64,000 bases of DNA, taken from contig JBEWZL010000217.1 in NCBI GenBank assembly GCA_045837725.1, positions 1 to 64,000 on the forward strand. Direction: 5' to 3'. Below are positions 51,585-63,232 of this stretch, piece after piece. Under the pieces are notes generated by a model. The model ran no database searches. It worked only from the letters and a program-made list of their open reading frames with translations, and was not told the DNA's origin. Position 1 is the stretch's first letter; each line of letters begins with the position of its first letter. A program made the position numbers and the translations under genes. Source of the DNA: Vermamoeba vermiformis. Taxonomy: Eukaryota.

Positions 51585-53940
51585 TTACGCTGAAATTTGT
51601 TTGCCTGCTTCTGACTCAAAAATACCAACGGTAAAACGTGAAGCAACTTTGGCGGCAACAATGTACTGGCCTGACGAATTGTGACGCACTGCGCGGCCAT
51701 CGGAATGAAGGCTAAAGACGTCGAATATTTCCTCGTTCACGAGCAAATGATACGGGGATTCCTCCAGATCGCGAGTCTTGAATGCTTTTTTCAGCTTTCT
51801 AAGCGCGTCTTGTGGAGCCATTCGTGAAGGATAAATTAATCTCGTAGATTGAGATTTCGGAGATTTGACGTCACAGAGCAGCAAGGCGGCGAGGCATTTG
51901 TCGTTATGATTGCGCAAAGAGTTGAACTTCAGGGCTTCATGGAGCTCTTTGTGCAAATATTCCTCGGCTTCCGTTACGTTGTCCTCGAGCAGGGCAATGG
52001 TTCCAAGACAATAGAACGGCTTGAGATAGGTTTTGACGTATGGAGATCCAGCTGTCGATTCAATTTTCTTGCGTGCATCGTCAAATATTCCGCACTTCAT
52101 TTGCGCCACGCCGTAGTAATAGTTGATGACGTCATTGTAGTCCGCGGAGAATTCTTTCAGGTAAGTGCTTGCCAATTTCTCAAAGATGTCAAGAGCCTCT
52201 TGAAATTCGCTCTTTTCCAAGCACGCCAATCCATCGTAGAACAGCGAGACCAGCGTGAAAAAGTTGTTCGTGCCGAGTTTGTCCGTGCATTCTTTGTGAA
52301 CAGTTTGGTGATGTGGAAAGTCGTGAATCACTTTCAATATTCCGCCGTTGACGTCTCCTTCGGTGGCCAAAAGTCCAGCCAATCGTCGCACGACCATTGA
52401 ATTTGCGTTGTTGTCGAAGATTCCAATGTTTTCCAGTGCGGTTCTACGAAGTTCTACCAATATTGCTGCAGGCAACTGACGATCGCAAAAGTCCAAAAGA
52501 TCGTGCAAAATGAATAACTTTGACTCGTTGTAGCGATAATTCGTCGTTAAAACGTCCAACCAAGCACTCATCGTTCGCTCAAATTCTTCTGCTGTCATTG
52601 ACTCTAGCAGGTACTTCGCCACTGCATCGTGCTCGATCTCAATGCATTCGTTATTAGGACTCATCTTCAATAATGTCAAGTTGAGTGCCGGTGAAATTAA
52701 CTCTTTGAAGTCGATCGCCTTGAAGTCGCTGGAGATTGGCACGAATAAACTTGAGTTGTAGAATAATGACGCCGTGATCATCTTCTTGCTGACTCCGCCA
52801 GTCAGCGACAACATCCGCAAGATCAGTTGTTGCTTGTAATCGAGCTTGTTGATCATGTTGACAAAATGACACGTGTCAAACTCGAGACCTTCACGCTGCA
52901 CGTTGAGATATTTCTTTTTGAATTCTTCGGGCTTCAAGTTGAACATCTTCATGAACAGCGGCACGGATGAAGTCAACAGAGGATATCCGTGAAATTTCGC
53001 AATGATGGGTTTGATCTCGCCGAGGTTTTTCGAAGACTTTTCGAGCGATAGAACTTCCATAAAGTAGTCTACCACGTCATCGTCAGATTGATTCAGCATG
53101 AAATGTGAAGCCGCAAAGCTGTTCGGCCAAATGAGCTGGTTCAGTGTGGTGGTGTAAAGCACGTGACCGTCAAATTCTGATGGAATGAACTCGCGGTAAA
53201 GAGACTCGACGAGTTCTGGTCCGTGACAGTTATCAAAAACAACGATCACGTTACTCAATCTAGATATTCTTTCACGGATCAAGTCGTAGTCTGTTCGCAC
53301 CGAGAGTTGCTCGTGCATTGCTGGTACATCGAGTAACTCCGCTACTTTCATCACGCTGTCGTTCATCGATTTTTCCTTGCAATCGAGCCACAAAATATAC
53401 TCGTAGTCTGAACTTCGGACAAATTTCTGAAAGAAATCTTAGTTCCAAATATAGTAACATTTTTCAAAATGATATTACCTCAGCCAATAGTGACTTTCCT
53501 ATGCCTTTTTGACCGTGAATAGCTACGACGTGTGGCGCTGACTGAAGCAAGTTTTTGACGGTCATGATTTTGTCAGAGATCTTGATCAGGGTTCTGTTTG
53601 TTTCAGGAACGAATGGATTGATACGCGACGTGAAGCCTCGTTCTATTCTGTCATGAAGCCATCGAGAAACATCTTGACGATCGGTCTGATCCAGGGAGTA
53701 GATAAACTGATCCAGCTTGACTTTGCGACGTGCTAATTCCTCCACCATTAATTCTGAAGGTTCTTTATCATAGGCAATTTGTTCAGGAGACAGATGATTA
53801 ACAAGCCAATCTCTTGTGATCGGATCCACGCTGTCAGGTTCACATAGGTGCCCAATATCAGGCCATCTTGGTTCGATACAAATCCTTGCAGCAAGTTGAA
53901 TCCTTGTTAATTTCGGAAGAGACGCGAGTGTAAGGTCCAT
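51585..53940 (-). CDS. STAND/NB-ARC NTPase with N-terminal death-fold-like domain and C-terminal TPR-like repeats (NLR-like)
   Basis: Walker A VAIHGQKGIGKSLLA; intron 53427-53478; YILWLDC; Walker B VIVVFDNC; GHVLYTT; GYPL (GxP); TPR-like helices. Confidence 0.85.
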
Positions 53941-55203
53941 ATTAAATTTCTAAAGCTGGGAGGTAATTAGTATTCACGTAGTCGATCTGGTAACGCGTAC
54001 CTCAGTAAGATCTGCTGTTGTATTTCTTCGTTCTCTTTATAACATTAGGACGAATCTTCTTACCAAAAATAGTGCCACATCACGATTGATATCCAAAATG
54101 CTTGCTTTATTAGTAGAGAGGTCTCGCGATTACGGTATGGTTATCAAAGAAAATTCGTAATAAATTAATTTAACTACCTTATCGGCTAGTACAGTCGGAT
54201 TTAGTTATAATGGGTGCAATGTTTAAAAAAAAAATGCTCTGCACCACGACGCAGGCGTCCTTATGAAGGGATACTTCTGTTGTGGACAGAAGACCTATCA
54301 TACTTTATTGTCCGTGGGGTATGGACCTGGTCGATAAGCTTCATAGACCACGGATCAATGTTGAAATCGGATCCGCACACCCATTAAGGGCAAATTGAAG
54401 CGTACAATGCCCTCTATAATTTATTTCTATTCATCACTCAAGCACCTGAGAAAGGCCACTCCTCACGTTTAATTTAGTGGCGGTAGAAGAGATTTTAAAT
54501 ATATTTATGTATATGTCGAGACCAGTGCAGTGAACCTATGCTCTTGCCCAGTAATTTTAAATAATTAGAGAGAACGCCGCAATGACTTTCGCGCGTCAAT
54601 CGGTCAAACTAATTCTCTATTTGCCTTCAAAGGCGATCTTTTAATACGGAAAATTGTGCTTCGTATTCATAAATTTGTCCGACTGACAATGTGCTCGTCA
54701 TTTTCGCAGGCAGTTTTGATTCGCAAGACTTATTGCAATGAGAAGTTTTCATTTAAACGAAAAATTCTCGAAAGAGCGATTGAAAACGAAATATTTAGAG
54801 ATTTCAAAAGCTTGAAAAGATTTCAATTTTGCCCATTATAATTAAATCCGACTGTAATAATATTTTTAACTCAATCTAAATAGGTTTGTTGGGTTTGGTT
54901 AAATGGATGCGGATTAGCAAATGAAATTATTTTCAGGGTTGAATAATTCTTCCAATTTATCGCATAAGATATCATATTATAATATTATATAATTAGCTGA
55001 TTTAAATTATAAAGGAAATAATTGAGCACAAACGTGCAAACCGAGTCCTTGATCTGATCAAGCTAGCACTGGCATCCCATCCATCTTTGCTTGATTAAAG
55101 GTGGTGATCGCATTGCACGAACAAAATAATTATGATTTAGTGCGCGAAACCAAAACAGTTTAATTTAGCAACTTTATTTCCGAAAATGCATCCACTCGCT
55201 AAT

Positions 55204-57601
55204 TTATTCCCAAGGTGAAGTGTCTGTGAAGGCATAAGGTCTCATACGTTTGCCCATCTTTTTACCCCAATAGGCCTTTTTGTCGGATGTTGCCACCAGC
55301 GCCGTGCACCTGCCCATGTCCGTGTACTCTTGCAGCGTCTTCACATCCCGAACTAAAAATACCGTTAACGAGTCGCCTCTATTGTAAAACCAAACATACC
55401 TCTATAAACAGTCTTTTGACACTTATCGCAGAATCGCTCGGTTTTGTTGTTCGGATCTTCTTTCAAATTATCCCAACTCATCGGACACTCAAACTCGAAA
55501 CCACAGTTTTCTGTCGAAACTTATTAGGGCTTGTTAAATTAGAAGTTCTGCTTACCAATTGGTCCCTGATATGATTTAACTTCAGTTGCACGTCGTTTGA
55601 AGAACTTGAACCACGATTTGATCTTCAAGTCAGGATTCTGATGCTTGTGTGTTTGCAAGTACAACGTCTTCCACACTGGATTGCCCAAGTATGATTCAGC
55701 GAACTTCTTGCTCACCTACAGAGCAATCAATTATTGTGCAAGAAACACATATTCGTCAAACTTACTTTACGAAGTTCTTTGACTTGAGCGACTGAGATCA
55801 CTGAGAACCCTGCAATCAAGTTCATGATGTCACTGGGGACAGCAGAGATGTGGTTGTGTGGTACGTTGCGATAGTTTGGCAAAGTGTTCACATCGAATTT
55901 GAACGGACCAGTGAAGTTAATTGTGAACGAGACACGTGACTGTTTCGTGAACGATACTCCTGGGAAGCAATCCATGCCTTTGTGTACTGTGTCTTCAATG
56001 ATACCTAAAAACCCTTGCGCGTCAGGATCCAGAACTAATCGAATACTTAGATCAAAGTCGTACCAACGTATTGACCGTTCTTGGTGAAATAGACTTTGCG
56101 TTGATTGTAACTGTCGAACAATATTCCAACACCAATCGTGTCTCCTTTGCCAAATTTCATATCGAAGAAGCTTCTGATGGATTGCGCCGAATTGACGCTC
56201 GCCTGAACGAGTCAGTTAAGTACAAACTAGCAATATTTTTGCACTTACTGTTCCATTGCTGAAAACTCCAAAACTGTTCTGTTGATAGCCAAGCATCTCA
56301 TTTTGACCGAAGATCTGATTGCCAATTCCAACTCCAACAAGTGCGTCTTGTGCAACTTCATCGAATGTCACTTCCATGTACGCGTGACTTGCAGGTGTTT
56401 GTTCGATCGAGCTCAAGTCCCAACACTTGCTTGTCTTCACACTCATGTGTTCGGGACAAAGCTTGTCGGGGCCAAAGTTCAGCGAGTACTTCTGACCTTT
56501 GCATTCGAGCACGTGTGACAGATCCTTCAGCTCAAGATCAAGGTCCGAGGCCTTCTTTGACACGTCACTCTGAAGAACATTTCCTTTCAATGCACACTTG
56601 GGACACTCGTCGTAGTTGCCACACTCAACGCAATGGAAAACAACTGAATCACTCGCTGTTCCGCATTTATCGCACTAAAATCAGTTAATTTTATGGCAAT
56701 ATTGTATAACTGCATAGTTGTACCTCGAAGCGGCCACCGTATCCTTTTTCGACCCAAAAGCCAGTTGCTGACTCCAGTCGCAACAGTTGGTGCTCGTGAC
56801 TTGGGCTTTGAACCAATGAATCGGTTGTGCTCTCGAGCTTCGCGTGACAGCTGTTGCATTGAGCGTAGTTCGAGCAGAATTCGCAAACCCACGAGCGAAT
56901 GCGTTTAGGCTTTTCTTTTGCTGTTTTTGGTTCCAAAACATCTTCATCAGCGGACTCTTCGGAGTCAGAACTTACATCCGGCTCATCCGAGTCGTAATTG
57001 CTAGTATCTTCGAAGATCATTGTAGCTCTCGTGGGGCAACATACTTGGCATTTGTAAGTCTTGTTCGTTGAGGGTGTCAAAGGATGATTATGACGCAAAT
57101 TAATTCGTTTTTTTAGCGTGACGAAATTAAGAAGTTGAATCCAGCGTTCCGTATCCTTTCAAAAAAAGTTAGAAGCGTGTTAAAATAATCTAAAATTATA
57201 ATAGACCTACTTCTGGTTTTTTGCAAGCAAAACGGGGACCAGTTGAATATTCCGATTCTTCTTTGGAGTGGATCACGAAAACACCGTCGTACTTGCCATA
57301 TTTTTTTGGTGGGCCAATCTTTACAAATGGTGATAATGATATTTCTTTCGAAACACCCTGCCCGTAAGATTTTTAGCAACGGTCACAAAATTAAATAAAT
57401 TCATTTTTAGCAAATATTTATAGAAGAAGGGCAGTTAATGCTCACATGAATTTATTAAATATTTATCCATACCGATACTGTCAAATTTCCAGTGGAACTC
57501 AAACTGAGTTGCGCATCGACCCAAGTTCCGTCACGTTTCGAGTCATCTTTGTAATAGCGCACTTGCTGCTCGTGAATAGTCTTCACGGGTGAATTTCCCA
57601 T
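55204..57601 (-). CDS. PH-like + Cys-rich zinc finger + SPRY + F-box-like protein (copy A)
   Basis: MGNS start; CEFC..C..CH zinc motifs; SPRY motifs YMEVTF, VGVGIG, GDTIG, YFTKNG, FPGVS; VPSDIMNLIAGFS...LRKVSK. Confidence 0.7.
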
Positions 57602-57892
57602 CGCTTTGTGCTTTCGATATTAAATTTAAGTTAATTTTATTTTTACGCTTCATTTTATTTTTAGTCGTTCGGTAAATTACCTACGTTTTTAATGACAAGA
57701 GATTGACGTGTAATGACGAGCAGCCATTAGACTTAAAAAACTTCCTTAAAAGAATCGTGTGGCAGTGACTAACAAAACATATAAAGGGCCCGTCTACATG
57801 TATAAAACAAGCATTTTGTTCCGAACTAGTTATTAGCAAGCCCGAGCACTTTTACAGATCGTTGATGGGGTAACAAGTTATTTTTTTGTACT

Positions 57893-60288
57893 CTATTCCC
57901 AAGGTGATATGTAGTTGAATGCAGGAGGTCTAGCACGTCTTCCCATCTCCATATCATACATATCAATCTCATCTAATTTCTGCATCAGTGCCGTACACCT
58001 GCCCATGTCCGTGTAGTCTCGCAGCGTTTGTAAATCAGACACTAGTCATGGGTCAAAATTAGTTATTTCCTTTTACGGTATTTAAGCAGTACTGTAATAG
58101 CTAGACAACTTGGGCACGAAAACGTACCTCTATAAACAGTCTTTTGACATTTATCGCAGAATCGTTCGGTTTTGTTGTTCGGATCTTCTTTCAAATTATC
58201 CCAACTCATCGGACACTCAAACTCGAAACCACAGTTTTCTGTCGCAACTTATTAGCGCTTATTAGATTAGAAATTCTGCTTACCAATGGGTCCCTGATAT
58301 GATTTAACTTCAGTCGCACGTCGCTTGAAGAACTTGAACCACGATTTGATCTTCAAGTCAGGATTCTGATGCTTGTGCGTTTGCAAGTACAACGTCTTCC
58401 ACACGGGATTGCTCAAGTATGATTCGGCGAAATTCTTGCTCACCTGCGGAATTTAGCGGTCAATCGTTGTACAATCGTCAATGCATTTGACTTACACTAC
58501 GGAGTTCCTTTACTTGAGAGACTGAGATCACTGAGAACCCTGCAATCAAGTTCATGATATCGTTGGGAATAGCTGCCATCAACTCGCATTGGTAGTCGCG
58601 ATAGTTTGGCACAGTGTTCGCATCGAATTTGAACGGACCAGTGAAGTTGACTGTGAACGAAACACGCGACTGTTTCGTGAACGATACTCCTGGGAAGCAA
58701 TCCATGCCTTTGTGTACTGTGTCTTCGATAACCCCTAATATTACCAATGAGCTTGATTACGAGACAAAAACACCGTTGTTGTTTCGACGTACCAACGTAT
58801 TGACCATTCTTGGTGAAATAGACTTTGCGTTGATTGTAGCTGTCGAACAATATTCCAACTCCAATCGTGTCTCCTTTGCCAAATTTCATGTCAAAGAACT
58901 TCTTCGCTGATTTTGCTGAATTGACGCTTGCCTAAACATGGTGCATTAGTTCATTTCTTATTCGCTTGATGCAGTCTAGTAATAGCCAAGCACGTCTTAT
59001 TTTGGCACTTACCGTTCCATTGCTGAGAACTCCAAAACTGTTCTGTTGATAGCCAAGCATCTCATTTTGACCGAAGATCTGATTGCCAATGCCAACTCCA
59101 ACAAGTGCATCTTGTGCGACTTCATCGAATGTCACCTCCATGTACGCGTGACTCGCAGGTGTTTGTTCGATCGAGCTCAAGTCCCAGCACTTGCTTGTCT
59201 TCACACTCATGTGTTCGGGACAAAGCTTGTCGGGACTAATGTTCAGCGTGTACTTCTGACCTTTGCGTTCGAGCACGTGTGACAGATCTTTCAAGTCCAG
59301 TTCGAGGTCCGAGGCCCCCTTAGATACGCCATCTTTTAGATCGCTGTCTTTCAGTGCACATTTGGGACACTCGTCGTAGTTGCCACACTCAACGCAATGG
59401 AAAACAACTGAATCACTCGTTGTTCCGCATTTATCGCACTAAAATCAGTCAGTATAAATATGACGTAGGGGATTATCGCATGGCAGTACCTCGTAGCGAC
59501 CGCCATAGCCTTTTTCGACCCAAAAGCCAGTTGCTGACTCCAATCGCAACAGTTGGTGCTCGTGATTTGGGCTTTGTACCAATGGATTGGAAGCACTCTC
59601 GAGCTTTGCGTGACAGCCGCTGCATTGAGCGTAGTTCGGGCAGAATTCGCAAACCCACGTGGGTTTCGATCTAGGTTGCTTTTCAACGTCGTTAACCATT
59701 GCACATATGTTGCAGGGCTTGCACAATATTGATGGTGGCGTCAGAGGATGATTATGGCGCAATTGAAGGCACTTTTTGAGAGCAACGAAACTGAGAAGCT
59801 GAATCCAACGTTCGGCATCCTGCACAAAAAGATCAAAATTTAAAAGTTACCTCGAGAATTATTATAATATATTACCTCAGGTTTTTTGCAAGCAAAACGA
59901 GGGCCGGTGGAATACTCCGATTCGTAAGTGGTGTGAATAACGAAAACACCTTCGTACACGCCGTATTGTGGCGGGGTGATAGTTGTGAAAGGTGATAGTG
60001 TAATTTCTACTGGCTTCTTCAGCTCACGCGACTGAACGAAATAATATTAGATCGCACTTAAATTCGGAATTCAAAAATAAATTAATTTGCAAAATCTTCA
60101 AAAATTGTAATATCTCGATATTATAAGTACTCATGAATACTGCTCTCTAATGATCTTACCGAGACCGTCAAATTTCCAGCGGAACTCAAACTGAGTTGCG
60201 CATCGACCCAAGTTCCGTCACGTTTCGAGTCATCGTTATAATAGCGCACTTGCTGCTCGTGCAACTTTGTATTCGCTGAATTTCCCAT
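57893..60288 (-). CDS. PH-like + Cys-rich zinc finger + SPRY + F-box-like protein (copy B, tandem paralog)
   Basis: Exons closely match copy A; PH-type terminal helix DAERWIQLL. Confidence 0.7.
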
Positions 60289-60660
60289 CTTCTATCGTGG
60301 TTGTCTGATCAAGGAACGAGCTCATAACAAAATTTATTTGTAATTTGAAACACGGCTAACCAACACAAGGCCTCCCAACGCAACAGCTTAGGTGAAATAT
60401 TCGCCCCATTAATAAATTGTATTATGTTGCGTTAAAGAAGGCGTCGTCGGTTTGAATTAAGGACGTAAGTAATTGAATTCTGATCAAATCCATCCGTAAT
60501 TCTGATGTTCAAGAATTTAAATTCTGATCATTTGTAAATTCTTACGGTAAGAATTAATATACACAATATCTAAGATATTTCGCGAAAATTACACACAAAG
60601 AATTAAAAAAAAGAATAAATAACAACAAAAATCGGTTTTAATAGCTCAAACCCTTAATTG

Positions 60661-62798
60661 ATGTCGAACAAACCTAATCAAATGGACGTTACGGCAGGCT
60701 ATATTCTAGAGAAAGAAGAATTTGACCTTGCAAACAAAGATCTGGTAGCGCAAGTCAAAAACTTTCTGCGCAATTTTCTGCTGATTTGGAAAATACCTGA
60801 TTATGCGCCGCTACGCCCCAAACTACGTGCAAAGCTATTTATTATAGGCAGATATGGTCACGCTAGTATTTGCAAGATGATTTATTCGATAGTAAAAGAG
60901 ATCAACAAAGGTACGCGTTATAGCTCCATCGAACTTCCATTAAATGATAATTTTTTTGCAGGAAGAAACGAGGAAGCACGAACAAACGCTAGAAATGACA
61001 ATTTTTCATATTTATTCGAGCCGTGGGCCGACCTGAGCCCTGAAAACAAAAAACGGCTCACGAAGCTATTTCTGCACGTCAAATACAACTTAGGCGATGA
61101 ATTACCTACCATCCTGCTCGTCGGACAAGAATTTAAACAATCACCGGCATACAAAGAATTGGAAGTATTGGCCAAAGTTATCGTTCGCAAGATGCCGGAT
61201 GCCGATCAAGGTAAAATTCATAGTACGAATAAGCGTTGCGTGTATTCTTTTCTAATACTAGAATTAATAGAAACAAGAGTAGAGTATGCTCCCAAGTATA
61301 TTCAATAGCGAGTCAAGCGCCCAGTAGATTCGATGTTGGAAGTGTTGCCTAAAGGAGTAAAGCGGCGAAGAATACTGATCGTTGGTGACGACGGCATTGG
61401 AAAGACCGAGTTTGCTTTGAGATTTTTGGTGTCTGGTGTCTGTTATGAAAGAATAGATATCGGCAATAATGCGGATGCAGAAGAGGAAATATTGCCCGGC
61501 GCCGATCTGGATGCGGTAACTCGGGAAACAAAAATTTACACCTATCGAAGCGGAGATGGCCGCATCATTGAAATTATCGATACACCCGGCTTCTACATGG
61601 AGGATCCGACCAATAGAAACAAAGAAACTGTCACCAGATTTTACACCGACTTCAGCAAGTACACCGAACACATTCTCGGTCTTTTGGCCCCGAATGTGCC
61701 GCATCTCAAAGACGAAGATAAGAAGATCCACCACGTGTTATTTTGCTTTCTACGACCACGTTGGAAAGACTGGCAGTACAGTCTGATTAAAGCCATGACA
61801 GAATTTGCTCCGGTCACAGTTTGCAGGCTTCAAGCTGTTTCGGAAAGAGAATGTGACGAAAATTTAAATCTTCTACGCAACTGCGAGCACTTGAAGTGTT
61901 TGCCGGCTGAAAGATTTGTGAAGGTATTGGCAAAAGATGTCGAAAGCAATGAGGAAATCATTCACGCGTTCGGCATGCACACCTTAGCGAGAAGTTTGGG
62001 TCAGAATATGTTCGAATGGGAGCAATCCCAGGAACACTTAAGAGATCTCTACGAGAAGAATAAGAAAGCATATTTTGGCACAATGTCAGTACTTCGTTGT
62101 TGCTTATTATAAACTCAATATTAACCCTTTGATTTATAGTCGCGTGAAAGCCGCTGCAATAGTCGCTGCGTTTACTACCGCTTGTGCTGGCGCCGGATTT
62201 ATACCAATGTGAGTCCTATCCCACATGACATGAGAAATTCTGACGTGTTGACAGTCCTTTCGTTGACACGGCCATAGTTATTCCGCTACACGTCGGCATG
62301 CTCGGTGCTATAAGTAGATTGTTTGGCATTAAGGCTCCTCGCAGAGTTCTTGCCAATATTGCAAGTAAGTCCGCCTATCAACTATTTTTTTCTCTTACTT
62401 AAATGTTTTACAGACGGTCTTTGGACTGGTGCTGTCGCCAATGCACCGGCGCTAGTGTCTAAAGCGCTTTTTTTTGGCGTAGAACTCTTAAAGTTCATTC
62501 CGGTCGTGAACATTGTAGCTATGGCTGGCGCTGCAGGTGAGTTGACATTCGGATCTAACTGCCATTAGTAGCGTATTATTGACATGTATTAGGCATTCAT
62601 GCATTTGCCACTTCGGTTACAGGTGCCTCGTTTACAGCGATGCTGTATAAAAGGGCTCTGAAAGGTACGCTCTCGGAGATTAGCCTCAACAACGAAAAGA
62701 AGATCCTCGAGAAATTAATTAAATTAAAGAAGAAAAATCTCGGACACATATACAGCACAAACGAAGAGAAGGATAATGAGATTATGGAGTTCAAGTAG
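60661..62798 (+). CDS. P-loop GTPase with C-terminal DUF697/YcjF-like hydrophobic region (in-frame TAG at 61306-61308)
   Basis: ILIVGDDGIGKT, IIDTPG, IHHVLFCF; spliced C-terminus AAAIVAAFTTACAGAGFIPIPFVDTAIVIPLHVGMLGAISRLFG. Confidence 0.65.
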
Positions 62799-63232
62799 AT
62801 TTTGACCTTGATTTAGCTTGTTACAAGCTCGGATCGACGGTATAAATCAAATTTTCGGCATATTTTTCGCATTTTGTACACGCCCACTAAAATCGTGGCT
62901 ATTTTTCCGCTGATTGCTCGAATTCGTGTTCTTCGCGTAGTTCACAGAACTAATTTCACAGAAAATTCAAAGAAGCTCCACCGAACTAAGTCAACACTAT
63001 TGCGTACCATGACGCCAATTCTCATTCGCCAATTAAATCGCAGAATGAGTTTCGCCAAATCACGTGATGAGATTAATCTCGATAAAATTTTTATTACGAA
63101 CATCTTTTTTCATTCCATCTAAAATAATAACAAGATCAACACCAATAATTGTTTCTTATGTACCCACTAATAAAGAAAAGATCGGTCAGTCTTACTGCCG
63201 AAAAGCAAGCCAGTGAGAAAAAACGGAAAATA

